Shown: positions 8,836 to 19,317, counted from the stretch's first letter. The stretch is DNA of 64,000 bases from an uncultured bacterium (GCA_963822585.1 CAWGIE010000036.1:128001-192000); one strand, 5' to 3'. The notes: generated by a model not told the origin, from the letters alone. Translations and numbers: made by a program.

Positions 8836-9054
8836 ACCACGAAGGACACGAAGGGCACGAAGGATAACAATTAGAGAAGCATACATTGATAACACAAAAT
8901 TAACTCGGAATCATATGGAGAGAGAAGCTGACAGCGTTGTGTCATATCCACACCTTCCTCCACCAGCCAGCAGGGAAAACTCCAGATCCATATTGACTTA
9001 ATATGATCAGATTATTACAACTCCCCCCTTCGTGTTCTTCGTGTTCTTCGTGGT
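8836..9054. repeat. Head-to-head nonamer arrays (CACGAAGRR)3 ... (YYTTCGTG)3 around an AT-rich spacer
   Basis: ACCACGAAGGACACGAAGGGCACGAAG ... CTTCGTGTTCTTCGTGTTCTTCGTGGT. Confidence 0.85.
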
Positions 9055-9073
9055 TATTATCGATTTTTTATGG

Positions 9074-9805
9074 TTAAAAATCGTCATAGAACTCAGGGTC
9101 GTAAACGTATGTCTCCCCGGGCTCAAGCATCATCGCGCCGGCCATGTAATCCCGATAAGAGGGATAAATCTCCACCCAGTCCCCGAACAGCTGCTGGTAT
9201 AACTTCTCGCTCTCGTCAACATTACCTTCCGCCTTTTCCGTCTCTTCCACGCTGTGCCCGAACCAGCGGCGGTCATAATAATTGGCTCTGATGGAAGCAA
9301 GCTCTATCTTCTGACTGGCCTCCGGCTTCTGCAAGGAATACCGCTCCAGGTTCTTCCCATCACCCAAAAGATCGATCTCCGACTCGGGGGTCCGCCAGCT
9401 CATCTGCACCATCTGCGGAGTCCGGGCCTCGTTGAACGGCTTGCCGTACTTGCGTCCCAGAACCAGACGAAAAATGGTGTACTCCATGATACTTCCGGGA
9501 TGCTCTACCTGGTAGGTTCCGCGGCGGAGTTTCCCGTCCTGGAAGTGGTAAACGATCCTCACCGGGACCTTCCCCAGCAGGGAAGCCTCATAGACCAGTT
9601 CATCCGCTTCCGGGGAGATCTGGGCGACCCCTTTCTTCTCCGCCTGTTCAACCTGCTCCATACTCATCCCCCACCGGGCATTTCTGAAGGGCGTGTCATC
9701 TCGGGCCTTCTCCCCGGGGGCAGCCGGCGGCGACTTGTCCGACGAAGCGCATCCCAGCACAAATAAAGAGACCAAGGTAAAAAAACACAATGCATTTTTT
9801 TTCAT
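9074..9805 (-). CDS. Hypothetical lipoprotein
   Basis: MKKNALCFFTLVSLFVLGC lipobox; FRNARWGMS.EQV motif. Confidence 0.75.
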   Translation of the reverse strand: MKKNALCFFTLVSLFVLGCASSDKSPPAAPGEKARDDTPFRNARWGMSMEQVEQAEKKGVAQISPEADELVYEASLLGKVPVRIVYHFQDGKLRRGTYQVEHPGSIMEYTIFRLVLGRKYGKPFNEARTPQMVQMSWRTPESEIDLLGDGKNLERYSLQKPEASQKIELASIRANYYDRRWFGHSVEETEKAEGNVDESEKLYQQLFGDWVEIYPSYRDYMAGAMMLEPGETYVYDPEFYDDF

Positions 9806-10086
9806 CTGTTGCCTCTCAAAATTCAACTCTCGCCGGTTGGCCGATTCCCTATCCGGCGCACTTTATTTAAACCGCGGAGCTACGGCCTCTACTCCATAAA
9901 TACAAAGCGACCCTCCTGGGAAGAGCAGACAAAGCTTCCCGGCTCCGCGCATTTTCGTTCGTTTTTCTTCGCGTTCCCCGGCCACCCCTATTTTCCTCGC
10001 GGGACACCTTGACGGACGCTCCCCTTCGCAGCAGGGAGAATAATGATAACAGAATCACCCGGAATACTACAATCGAATGTCTCGGT

Positions 10087-11136
10087 TTAAAAACCGATGA
10101 TCAGACAGAGATAGCCGACGGCCAGGCCGAAGAAAAAATTAAAGAGTTTGATTACCGCGAAGTCCTTGATACTGATCGAGAGGATGGGAAGCATTCCGTG
10201 GCCATCCTGGACAATCGAACTGGTAAACAGGATGGAAAAAGGTACCAGTCCCTGGGAAAACATGATGACAAAGATGAGATGGGGACCTGAATCCGGGATC
10301 AATCCCACCAGGGCCGCGGCCAGAAGAACCCAGGCCTGGTTGTGTGAGACAAGGCCGGCAATATCCCAGTGCGCCTCGCCGAGGTGGACGGCTAAGAGGG
10401 CGCCCAGCGTCCAGCAGAATATTTTCAGGAGATGTTTCTTGGCGGTATGTTCCCAGATATGGATTTCCAGGAAGTGATCGGGGACGGTGACAACGATGAA
10501 AAGAAGAAAGAGAAGAACCAGGCAGAGGGTTACTCTGATCCAGTTCCAATCCGGCGGTCCGATCTGCCCCGAGAAGACCCCGGAGAGGAGGACCAGGCTG
10601 AGAACGATCAGGGCCGCGCGCTGGAGGGTAAGCGCCTGCAGGTTATGCCTGAAGTCACTCCAGGATAAAAGCGCCCGGTCCGGACCGGTATGCACCTCCA
10701 GCTTATCACAGGCCTGACATGACCTCAGATGCAACTTGGTTGCCACCTTATCGGCAATCCAACCGGCCAGGATGCCGGCGCCGAAGAGGAGCGCGAAAAG
10801 AAGGAGCGCGCGCGCCGGGAAGAGGGCCAGCATAACAAAAGCCGCATCGCCCGAGGTAGATACCATGGTGGCCACGATAGCCCCGAACGATATAAAACCG
10901 TGGATATAGAGAGAAGATGCCGCGAAGGCTCCCAGGCACCCCGGTGTCGCGCCCAGAAAAGAACACCCCAGATACTGCCGCAAGGGCCGGCCCCGGATAA
11001 AATACTCCAGTCGGCCCCGGGTGAAGACATTGAGATAGTCCACCGCCACCATCATGGCGAAGACAAAACCGGCGATCAACAGGGCATGCTTGAAAACATC
11101 GATGAACATGGCAATAATTCCGATGAAATAATTCAA
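10087..11136 (-). CDS. Putative 10-TM manganese/heavy-metal transporter (DUF2899-like)
   Basis: LGATPGCLGAF, TSGDAAFV, HFLEIHIWEH, GLIPDSGPHLIF, SSIVQDGHGMLP. Confidence 0.8.
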   Translation of the reverse strand: MNYFIGIIAMFIDVFKHALLIAGFVFAMMVAVDYLNVFTRGRLEYFIRGRPLRQYLGCSFLGATPGCLGAFAASSLYIHGFISFGAIVATMVSTSGDAAFVMLALFPARALLLFALLFGAGILAGWIADKVATKLHLRSCQACDKLEVHTGPDRALLSWSDFRHNLQALTLQRAALIVLSLVLLSGVFSGQIGPPDWNWIRVTLCLVLLFLLFIVVTVPDHFLEIHIWEHTAKKHLLKIFCWTLGALLAVHLGEAHWDIAGLVSHNQAWVLLAAALVGLIPDSGPHLIFVIMFSQGLVPFSILFTSSIVQDGHGMLPILSISIKDFAVIKLFNFFFGLAVGYLCLIIGF

Positions 11137-11172
11137 CTACGAGACCGGCGGTATATTCAACAGTAGGATGAA

Positions 11173-11270
11173 GGAGTAAGGGAGTGTTGGAATGTTGGAG
11201 TGCTGGGGTGCTGTGAGCCAATGAGCCGGTAGATCTTCAGTACTCCCTTATTCCAGTACTCCATCACTCC
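11173..11270. repeat. Head-to-head octamer arrays (GGAGTRNT-type)
   Basis: GGAGTAAG GGAGTGTT GGAATGTT GGAGTGCT ... AGTACTCC CTTATTCC AGTACTCC ATCACTCC. Confidence 0.8.
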
Positions 11271-11285
11271 TTTCTTCTTACCCTT

Positions 11286-12251
11286 TTAAACTTTTTTCGA
11301 ACGGTCCTTACTAAAAATAAAATATTTTGTGGAACCTTTGTATTCCTCCTTGATCTTTCCCTCATCCAGAAGATGTCCGAGATATTTGACGATCTCGTTG
11401 CGATGAAGGCCGAACGAGGTCGAGAGGTCATCCAGGGTGGCCGGGCGCCGCTCCAGGTAAGCAAGAAGAGCCTCCGCCACGTTTTCCTTGGTCGCCTCCC
11501 CGCGGTGACCTCGGAAACCGGCCACGACTTCGACCGGGATCGGTCCCAGCCGTGACTGTAAAAACCGCCGCGCCTTCTCCAGAGACGACTCATCCAGAGA
11601 TCCCACCCCGGCAACGGCGGGAGGACGGACCGCGGTGTTTAACTGAACTTTATCCGGGCGGATAGACGCTATCCGATCGGCGATGGCTGCCAGCTCGACT
11701 TCGTTGTCATTGATATCCTTGAGCAGCATCACTTCCAGCCAGACCTGCCCGGGAAATTCCGAGACAAAGGCGGCAATGCCCCCAACCAGATTTTCCAGGG
11801 AAAGATCCCGGTGGGGCCGGTTTATCCTCTCAAAAGTCCCCTGGGTTCCGGCGTCGAGACTGGGAACGACCAGGTCGGCGGAGATAAGAGCTTGCCTGAC
11901 TTCAGGCCGCCAGAGAAGCGTTCCGTTGGTCAGAACAGCCACCGGGATCGGGGTCATTTTCTTGATCGCGGGGATCAGGACGCCGATCTCCCGGTTCAGC
12001 GTGGGCTCCCCGGAACCGGAGAGGGTGATATAGTCGATCCGGCCGCCTTCCTGTAACACCTCCCTCAATTCCGAAAGAATCGCCGCGACCGGTTCGTATT
12101 CCTTTCGCTCATCAGTCGTGCAGGCAGTCGAACCCAGCTGGCAGTAAACACAGTCGAGCGTGCACGTCTTATAGGGGACCAGGTCGACGCCCAGGGAAAA
12201 GCCGAGACGGCGGGAAGGAACCGGCCCAAAAATATAATGTCTTTCAGTCAT
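11286..12251 (-). CDS. Radical SAM protein (COG0731-like)
   Basis: FGPVPSRRLGFSLG, CTLDCVYC, SGSGEPTL. Confidence 0.9.
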   Translation of the reverse strand: MTERHYIFGPVPSRRLGFSLGVDLVPYKTCTLDCVYCQLGSTACTTDERKEYEPVAAILSELREVLQEGGRIDYITLSGSGEPTLNREIGVLIPAIKKMTPIPVAVLTNGTLLWRPEVRQALISADLVVPSLDAGTQGTFERINRPHRDLSLENLVGGIAAFVSEFPGQVWLEVMLLKDINDNEVELAAIADRIASIRPDKVQLNTAVRPPAVAGVGSLDESSLEKARRFLQSRLGPIPVEVVAGFRGHRGEATKENVAEALLAYLERRPATLDDLSTSFGLHRNEIVKYLGHLLDEGKIKEEYKGSTKYFIFSKDRSKKV

Positions 12252-12291
12252 CTTTTTCTCTTATTTAACAGATAAGGCAAAGCGTTATGTG

Positions 12292-14151
12292 TTAAATAAG
12301 GCTCGGGCGGCGGCTCAGTTTCTCCCAGATCCCGGTGATGGCCGCCGTAACGGCTCCATCGGAAAACTCCACCACCGAAAGCCCTTCCATCTGGGCATCG
12401 GTCACCACCCGGTCATAGGGGATCTCCCCGACTATCTCCGCCTGATAATCTCCGGCCACCGAGAGAATCTCTTCGGCCATCTTCCGGTTAAGATCGCATT
12501 TATTGATGACCACTCCGGAAGGCACGCCGAAATGACGGATCAGGTCCAGAATACGCTCCAGGTCATGAACTCCGGAGATGGTGGGTTCGGTAACAACCAG
12601 GGCATACGCGGCCCCGGTCAGGGAAGCGATAACCGGACATCCCGTCCCGGGTGAGCCGTCGATGATCACCTCTTTCCATGATTCCACCAAGGCCAGATCA
12701 ACCGCTTTTTCCCGGATCACGGTCACCAGCCGCCCCGAGTTCTCTTCCGCGATGCCCAGCTTGGCGTGGGTCATCGGCTGGTCGAAGCGGGTTTGGGAGA
12801 CAAACCACTCACCGTTAATCGCCGGCGCGGTGATGACCGCCTCCACCGGGCAGACCAGCGCGCAGACACCACACCCCTCGCAGGCAAGCTGATCGATTCG
12901 GAAAATAACACCCCCCCCCTCTTTTTCCTCTTGCTCAATCGCGCTAAAACGACACTCCTCAAAACACCGCCCGCAACTGATACACCGGGTCTGATCGATC
13001 CGGGCGACCACCCCCCCGCTGAAGAACCCCCTTTTCCTGATCTCCGGTTTTAAAATCAGATGAAGGTCGGCGGCGTCCACATCGCAATCCGAGATCACGG
13101 CGGGACCGGCCAGAGCGGCGAAGGAAGCCGTCAGGGAAGTCTTCCCGGTCCCGCCCTTGCCGCTGATCACCACCAGTTCGCGGGGCCGGGGAGTATCCGA
13201 GGGTTTAGAGAGTTCCGGCAGGGATGGGGCCGGCTCTCCGGAGTGATCGATTTCCGGTAGGGTTTTTACCGTTCTCTCTTTTGCGGTCTCCCGTTCGATC
13301 CGAAGGGTGATCTCCGCAAAGAGAGGACGATACCGGAGAAGTTTCTCCACCACCAAGCCCCCGGAAGAATAAATCTCCGCAATCTCTCGATCATCCGGGA
13401 TCTCCCCGATAACGGTCAGCTCCGCCTCCCGGCAATACTCCTGGAGAGAATCATCGCGATACTCGGCCCGGTTAACCAGGACCACCGGTTCCCGGCCGAT
13501 CTTCCGGCACATCTCCACCGCCAGTTTCAGATCGTTGATCCCGAACGGGGTGGGATCGGTAACCAGGACGACCAAATCGGCATCCACGGCCGTCTCCACC
13601 GCCGAGCAGGCGGTCCCCGGCGGGGAGTCATTGATGGTAATATCCGGTCCGGCAAACTCCTTGACCCGGGAGATCAAGCGGGGGGACATCCCCCCTTCTC
13701 CGGTCTCCAGAAGAGCATAATGGTAATCCATCGCGGGCCCGGCTTCCCGGGAAGATCGGCGGACGCCATGAAAGAGGCGCCCGATCTTCTTCGTCTTTTC
13801 GATAACGGCATCCTCGGGACAGACGATAGTGCAGGCGCCGCAGACATGGCAAAGTTCCGGGAAAAAGATAACCTCTTTCCCGGTCACCGCGATCGCGTTG
13901 TAGCTGCAAGCCGCCGCGCACCTCCCGCATTTAGTACATTTCCCGGGATCAACACCTGCCGGAGAGAGGATCTCGATTGCCTCCTCCTTCTCTATCCGCG
14001 GGTTTAAAAAGAGGTGTCCATTGGGGGCCTCGACATCACAGTCCAGGTAGGTTACCTCCCGGCCCGCGGTCGACCAGACGGCGGCCAGGTTGGTCGCGAC
14101 CAGTGTCTTTCCGGTTCCTCCTTTGCCGGAGGCGATGGTCAGATTCATCAT
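12292..14151 (-). CDS. Tandem fusion of two MinD-family P-loop ATPases each with inserted ferredoxin domain (COG1149 x2)
   Basis: Two SGKGGTGKT motifs, two DCDV motifs, four CxxCxxCxxxC motifs. Confidence 0.9.
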   Translation of the reverse strand: MMNLTIASGKGGTGKTLVATNLAAVWSTAGREVTYLDCDVEAPNGHLFLNPRIEKEEAIEILSPAGVDPGKCTKCGRCAAACSYNAIAVTGKEVIFFPELCHVCGACTIVCPEDAVIEKTKKIGRLFHGVRRSSREAGPAMDYHYALLETGEGGMSPRLISRVKEFAGPDITINDSPPGTACSAVETAVDADLVVLVTDPTPFGINDLKLAVEMCRKIGREPVVLVNRAEYRDDSLQEYCREAELTVIGEIPDDREIAEIYSSGGLVVEKLLRYRPLFAEITLRIERETAKERTVKTLPEIDHSGEPAPSLPELSKPSDTPRPRELVVISGKGGTGKTSLTASFAALAGPAVISDCDVDAADLHLILKPEIRKRGFFSGGVVARIDQTRCISCGRCFEECRFSAIEQEEKEGGGVIFRIDQLACEGCGVCALVCPVEAVITAPAINGEWFVSQTRFDQPMTHAKLGIAEENSGRLVTVIREKAVDLALVESWKEVIIDGSPGTGCPVIASLTGAAYALVVTEPTISGVHDLERILDLIRHFGVPSGVVINKCDLNRKMAEEILSVAGDYQAEIVGEIPYDRVVTDAQMEGLSVVEFSDGAVTAAITGIWEKLSRRPSLI

Positions 14152-14447
14152 ATCTTCTGCCAGACCGCGCTGAGCTTACCGGCCATGGTCAGAGGCTTGT
14201 CGGACCGGTCATCGATCTTGATCGTGGTGACGACACGTTTTACTTCAGGACCGAATGTTTCCCGGTGCATCTTCTTGGCCAGGTCGATGATCGTGTCCAG
14301 ATCGCCCTCGATCACGGTCCCCATCGGAGTCAGTTCATACTTGACCCCGTGGGCGCCCTTGAGAATGCGCACGGCACCAGCCACGAAATGGCTGAGCGAA
14401 GGGCTCTTCGTTCCCACCGGAACGACACTGACTTCTATCATAGCCAC
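14148..14447 (-). CDS. MTH1187-family thiamine-binding protein
   Basis: VSVVPVGT.SPSLS, YELTPMGTVIEG, RVVTTIKIDDRSDK. Confidence 0.9.
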   Translation of the reverse strand: MAMIEVSVVPVGTKSPSLSHFVAGAVRILKGAHGVKYELTPMGTVIEGDLDTIIDLAKKMHRETFGPEVKRVVTTIKIDDRSDKPLTMAGKLSAVWQKI

Positions 14448-14520
14448 GATTAATCCCTCCTTTTAGCATCCATGTGACCCCTGTTACTTATAAAAAAACT
14501 GATACATCGAGGAGATCGCG

Positions 14521-14773
14521 AAATCTCAAATGACAAATCCTAAATACTAAACAAATTCCAATGACCCAAATTCAAAATTTCAAACAATTAACCAAACCGA
14601 AGAGGATTACTCTCAACCTTATTGAAAAACCTACGCCGTTGAGAGGGGCGCCTATGGAAACCCCCGACTCCGCTCGACGAGTTTGTGATTTGGAATTTGA
14701 GTTTTGTTTATTACTTGGGATTTTCAGCCGGAGGCTGATCAGCCTTTGGCCGAGGTGCTTGGGATTTGGGATT
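14521..14773. repeat. Head-to-head heptamer arrays (AAATNNN-type) with nested small hairpins
   Basis: AAATCTC AAATGAC AAATCCT AAATACT ... GGGATTT GGGATTT; nested CAGCCGGAGGCTGATCAGCCTTTGGCCGA. Confidence 0.75.
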
Positions 14774-14777
14774 TATT

Positions 14778-15098
14778 TTAGAGATGTATCTTAATCTTCT
14801 CTTCCAGGGCCGTCTTGGGCTGGACCCCGATTACCTGCTCGACCGCCTTTCCCCCCTTGAAGATTATCAGGGTGGGGATCGCCCGGATCGAGAACCGGCC
14901 GGCGACACCGGGAGCCTCGTCGACGTTTACTTTACAGACCTTGAGCCGGCCCGCGTACTCGCCGGCCAGTGCCTCCACGGTCGGAGCCACCATATTGCAG
15001 GGGCCGCACCAGGGCGCCCAGAAATCGACCAGGACCGGCAGTGGGGACTGAATAATCTCTTCATCAAAGTTGGCGTCGGTAACATTGATTTCCGTCAT
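14778..15098 (-). CDS. trxA: Thioredoxin
   Basis: VDFWAPWCGPC, IRAIPT. Confidence 0.96.
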   Translation of the reverse strand: MTEINVTDANFDEEIIQSPLPVLVDFWAPWCGPCNMVAPTVEALAGEYAGRLKVCKVNVDEAPGVAGRFSIRAIPTLIIFKGGKAVEQVIGVQPKTALEEKIKIHL

Positions 15099-15171
15099 AA
15101 ATTTCCTCCTTCGGTAAAAATTTAGGTTGCCCCGATTTATTTATAAATCAATGAAGTAATGCGGGATTCCT

Positions 15172-15402
15172 TTAAAAAGGGCATTGGCCCCCCGAGCAAG
15201 GTGACGGACCGGCCGGACAGGTGGGGCAATTCGCCCTCTCTTTTCCAACCCCGGATGAGCCGACACTGAAGGCGGCAAGGGTCTTTTTAATCCGGGGGCT
15301 CCCGCATCCGGGGCATTTTCGCTCCGTTTTCTCGGCGGTCATCCCCTCCAGCAGATCGAAAGCACGATCACATTCCTGGCATCGGTAACTGTAGATGGGC
15401 AT
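15172..15402 (-). CDS. FmdB-family zinc ribbon protein
   Basis: MPIYSYRCQEC...CPGCGS, Cys-rich tail. Confidence 0.88.
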   Translation of the reverse strand: MPIYSYRCQECDRAFDLLEGMTAEKTERKCPGCGSPRIKKTLAAFSVGSSGVGKERANCPTCPAGPSPCSGGQCPF

Positions 15403-15692
15403 AGTTACTTCCCTCCGGGAAGTCTTATTAACCTGGATTATTCATCAAGTTATCTATAGTAGCCTCGATGATACGGCTACAGCAGACTACTTTTTTTCCG
15501 GCAGGGCAACGTTTATTTATAGCCGCAACAAAGCAATCAAGATTAGATACTTATCCTCAAGCGACCGTATATAATCACCCTATGATCAATCCCTTATCGC
15601 ATTGCTGTCAATACCAGCTATGGCATTGTTCAAACCTAACTCGATTTATGCCAGCCGGCCGGGCGGGGGCCGGCATAAATCGGGTTAAACTG

Positions 15693-16619
15693 TCAGTAGT
15701 CCACCAGAAGGTCGCGGACGCTCAGGGCGGCCACCGTTCCTTCGCCGCAGGCGGCCGAGATCTGACGGACATTACCGGCCCGGACGTCACCGGCGGCAAA
15801 GATCCCCGACACCGAGGTGCTCATCTCCGTATCGGTTACGATAAAGCCCTTCTCGTCCATCTTCACCACGTCGTGCAAAAAAGCGGAATTCGGTTCCACC
15901 CCCACAAAGACGAAGACCCCGTCAACCGCGATCTTCTCCTCTTTTCCTGACTCTTTATTCCTGATGGTGATTGACTCCACACCCCCCTCACCGTTAATCG
16001 AGACCGGGATAGATGAAAGAACAAAAGAGACCTTCCCGGTCTTCTCCAACTCACCGACCACGTACTTTTCGCCCCGGAAAGTATCGCGGCGATGAATCAG
16101 GTGCACCCGGGACGCGAATCGGGTTAGAAAGAGCGCTTCTTCCAGGGCGGCGTTTCCCCCTCCGACAACCGCGACTTCCTTATCCCTGTATAAAGGCCCA
16201 TCGCAGGTGGCGCAGTAGGACACTCCTTTCCCCAGCAGCTCTTTCTCTCCGGGAACACCGAGTTCCCGCATCCGGCTGCCCGGGGCGACGATCAGGCTCC
16301 GGGCCGGATACAATCCCTTTCCGGTCTCAACCCGGATAATCTCCCCGGAAGGGACAACAGCTATCACCTCCTCGAACTCCCTGATCTCGACCCCGAATTT
16401 CAGCGCCTGAGCCTTGAACCGCGCGCTCAGTTCCATCCCGTTAATCCCCTCGGGGAAACCGGGAAAATTTTCGATGACGCCGGTGACGTTGGGCCAGCCG
16501 CCGCAAAGCATTTTTTCCATAACCAGCGTCCGCAGCCGCTCCCGGGCGGTATAGATCGCCGCGGTTAAACCGGCCGGACCGCCGCCAACGATTATCACGT
16601 CATAAATATCTTTTTTCAT
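15693..16619 (-). CDS. trxB: Thioredoxin-disulfide reductase
   Basis: GGGPAGLTAAIY, GVSYCATCDG, GGGNAALEEA, GIFAAGDV. Confidence 0.95.
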   Translation of the reverse strand: MKKDIYDVIIVGGGPAGLTAAIYTARERLRTLVMEKMLCGGWPNVTGVIENFPGFPEGINGMELSARFKAQALKFGVEIREFEEVIAVVPSGEIIRVETGKGLYPARSLIVAPGSRMRELGVPGEKELLGKGVSYCATCDGPLYRDKEVAVVGGGNAALEEALFLTRFASRVHLIHRRDTFRGEKYVVGELEKTGKVSFVLSSIPVSINGEGGVESITIRNKESGKEEKIAVDGVFVFVGVEPNSAFLHDVVKMDEKGFIVTDTEMSTSVSGIFAAGDVRAGNVRQISAACGEGTVAALSVRDLLVDY

Positions 16620-16634
16620 ACCACTTCCCCCGGA

Positions 16635-17279
16635 TTATTCATCAGAATTAACGGCAGTTATTACTACGAAAGCTCCCCTGCCATATCCTTTTCGGACAGG
16701 CTGAATTCCCCTTATATTCTCAGGCGGATCATAGAGAGTTTGTATTATATCAATGTCTCCCCATTTCTTTTTCCCCAGCAATCTTAAAACTTCCGGCACG
16801 GAAAAAAACCGGGCGTTGCCATAAAATGCACTTTCCTTTTTCCGCTCCTCATACCATCTGCCTAAAAAGCTTTCCTTATCCAGCATTCCTATTATCACGT
16901 TTCCGCCCTGCTTGAGAACTCTCCCTATTTCTTCGATCAATCTCTCCGGTTGCTTGATAAAGCAAAGGGCGGTAATCAGGAACACGCTTGCGAACACCCC
17001 ATCGGCAAAAGGGAGGCATTCCCCGACCGCCTGAATTACCTCACATCCCCGTTGCCGGGCGATCCGGAGCATTTCCCGGGCAGGATCAATTCCAATTTTG
17101 ATCCCCAGAGGTGCAGCAAAGCGCCCGGTACCCACGCCGATTTCCAGGGTGCGGCCCCCCGGCCCGATCACCTTTTTGATTGCCGCTAACTCAGAATAAT
17201 ACGCTGCCCGGTTTTGATCGTACCAGCTATCGTAATGCAGCGCTGATTCATTAAAAGAGCCGCGGGAATCGTTATTCAT
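16635..17279 (-). CDS. Class I SAM-dependent methyltransferase
   Basis: YDSWY, LEIGVGTGRFA, LPFADG. Confidence 0.9.
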   Translation of the reverse strand: MNNDSRGSFNESALHYDSWYDQNRAAYYSELAAIKKVIGPGGRTLEIGVGTGRFAAPLGIKIGIDPAREMLRIARQRGCEVIQAVGECLPFADGVFASVFLITALCFIKQPERLIEEIGRVLKQGGNVIIGMLDKESFLGRWYEERKKESAFYGNARFFSVPEVLRLLGKKKWGDIDIIQTLYDPPENIRGIQPVRKGYGRGAFVVITAVNSDE

Positions 17280-17283
17280 TTTT

Positions 17284-17623
17284 ACAAGTTAGCGCCTCCG
17301 GCGCAACTTGTAGTGTAAAGTGTAATGTTTAAAGTGTAATGAAACTTCCCCCTTCACACCTTACACTTCATACTACGTTATTGAAATTCCGAAACAATAA
17401 GTTAGCGCCTCCGGCGCAACTCGGTCAGGGCAACGGTAACCCCGGTAACCACCGGGGTTTCGTTTGTCGGTTACGGTTACGTGCGCCAGGCGCAGCGGCC
17501 GTTACCCTAACCCTCACCGATACCCCGATGAATCGGGACAGGCTGGGCTTCGTTACCCTTACCGTTACCTTTTATTGTGAGCTGGAGGCTCACCCCGATA
17601 GCTATCGGGGAAATTCCGAAACA
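17284..17623 (+). repeat. Two tandem units of a modular element with fixed ends and repeat interior
   Basis: Each starts AAGTTAGCGCCTCCGGCGCAACT and ends GAAATTCCGAAACA (17383-17396, 17610-17623). Confidence 0.85.
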
Positions 17624-17667
17624 GTGAATTATTTATTTTACACTATATCATTGGAGGATTTGAATCA

Positions 17668-18336
17668 CTATCCCGGATCGTCCACCAGCCAGAAGGTATT
17701 GTCTCGCCTGAGGAGGCTGGCCGGGAGTGACGGCTCCAGCCCGGCGGCGATCCGGCGAAAAATCAATCCTTTTTCCTTCCCGGGGGCCAGAACAACACGA
17801 AGACCGGCCTTGTTGATAACCGGGAGGGAGAGGGTAAGACGACGGGGCGGCGGTTTGGGACTGTCATAAACGGCTACCACCGGCTCTTTTCTCCGCAACG
17901 CCGGATGATCGGGAAAGAGGCTGGCGATATGGCCGTCCTCCCCGACACCGAGAAGGCAGGCATCAAGCGGCCGTCCCCCGGTCGCCCGCCGGAGAGTCTC
18001 GGCGTACTCCGCGGCCGCCCGCTCCAGGTCGCCTTCTCCGGCGGGCATCGGGCGGAGATGCGCCGGGAGTTCCCCCCCTTTTTTCCAGGCGGCCAGGGTG
18101 GCGGCATCGTTTCTATCCCGATGGCCCGGGGGGACTCCTCTCTCATCAACCCAGAAAAGATAAAGGTTCCGGCGCACTTCTTCCGGAAGCAAGCCGGTCA
18201 CCAAGCCGAGCACCGGGACCGGCGACCGGCCTCCCGGAATGGCCAGGACGGCCCTCCCCCGTCCGGCAACGGCTTCCCGCAGCTTGTCGGCAAGTAATTC
18301 CGCGGCCAGTCGGGGATTATAGGGTAAAACCTTCAC
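17668..18336 (-). CDS. pgl: 6-phosphogluconolactonase
   Basis: GGRSP, FWVDERGVP, LLGVGEDGHIASLFP, DSPKPPPRRLTLS. Confidence 0.9.
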   Translation of the reverse strand: MKVLPYNPRLAAELLADKLREAVAGRGRAVLAIPGGRSPVPVLGLVTGLLPEEVRRNLYLFWVDERGVPPGHRDRNDAATLAAWKKGGELPAHLRPMPAGEGDLERAAAEYAETLRRATGGRPLDACLLGVGEDGHIASLFPDHPALRRKEPVVAVYDSPKPPPRRLTLSLPVINKAGLRVVLAPGKEKGLIFRRIAAGLEPSLPASLLRRDNTFWLVDDPG

Positions 18337-18380
18337 CGGCCAATCTCCTTTAGGTGCGGACCGGACTGGCGGACATCAGG

Positions 18381-19121
18381 TTAGTGCCCGAGAACACAGT
18401 ACCGGTTCAATCCCAGTATCCGGGCCGGACCGGCGATGGTCGTTCCGTAAAAGACAACCGGCCGATCCAGACCCAGGAAAAGCTCGATTGTTTGGTTGAC
18501 GATGGTGGTACCGGTCACCAGGAGCAGGTCCGCCCATTCGATAATCTCTCCCACGTCCTCCGGCGGCTCGATCAGAATCCCGTACCGGGTCGGCCCGATG
18601 TTCTCCGGATCGAGATCCGTGGCCCGCACCTGGTAGTCACGGGCCAGGGCTTGCAGCAGCCGGGGCTGGAGACCGACCAGGCCCACCCGTTTCACTTTGC
18701 CAAAGGTATCCTCCAGGTACAGCTTCAGGGACGACGCGCATTCTTCCAACTCCTGATCCCGGCAGTGAACGGTGCCCTCGATCAATCCCAGAGAACGCAT
18801 AACCGCATTCAGTGAAGCGATGAAGACCGCCCGCTGGAAATTATTATCCAGGGGCAGATCCGCCACCCCGGCCAGAGAACCGGAATAATTGCCGAAAAGA
18901 TCGGTATAAGCCTGCCCTTTGGCTCCCCGGAATTGCGCCTCCATCAGCCGCTCCTTCCCCTTCAGCAGGGGATAATCGCCCTCACGAGGAGTACCGATCG
19001 CTTCCCCGGGGGTCAAGGCGCGGGCATGAACCCAGATCTCTTCTTCTCCCAGCTCGTGTCTTTTGATCAAATCTTTAAAAAAGTTTTTCAGTCGCTCGTA
19101 GATCATCCTATTCTCCCGCAT
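18381..19121 (-). CDS. DUF364-family (Rossmann-like) protein
   Basis: LTPGEAIG.P..GDYPLLKGKE, GQAYTD, LLVTGTTIVN. Confidence 0.8.
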   Translation of the reverse strand: MRENRMIYERLKNFFKDLIKRHELGEEEIWVHARALTPGEAIGTPREGDYPLLKGKERLMEAQFRGAKGQAYTDLFGNYSGSLAGVADLPLDNNFQRAVFIASLNAVMRSLGLIEGTVHCRDQELEECASSLKLYLEDTFGKVKRVGLVGLQPRLLQALARDYQVRATDLDPENIGPTRYGILIEPPEDVGEIIEWADLLLVTGTTIVNQTIELFLGLDRPVVFYGTTIAGPARILGLNRYCVLGH

Positions 19122-19176
19122 CAGAATTATTTTTCAATCAATCGATCTTTATGTATTGCTGCTCGGGAAAACAACA

Positions 19177-19273
19177 TGGAGTACTGGGATGCTGGAGTGA
19201 TGGAGTGTTGGGAACCGGCCCTCCCGGCCTCATCACTCCACAACCCCACTACTCCATCACTCCACCACTCCAT
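19177..19273. repeat. Head-to-head octamer arrays (GGAGTRNT-type)
   Basis: GGAGTACT GGGATGCT GGAGTGAT GGAGTGTT ... CATCACTC CACAACCC CACTACTC CATCACTC CACCACTC. Confidence 0.85.
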
Positions 19274-19317
19274 TATGGACCTGTCCGAATTCTCAAGCAA
19301 AATATATTATGGCTATT

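Noticed and set aside
7946..9054. CRISPR array
   Set aside because: Units are 7-9 nt, contiguous, without unique spacers; no cas genes in the window.
14778..16619. Selenocysteine recoding in redox genes
   Set aside because: Active sites use ordinary Cys codons; no in-frame TGA seen.
17339..17869. 176-aa plus-strand ORF
   Set aside because: Runs through repeat elements and antisense to pgl; low-complexity product.
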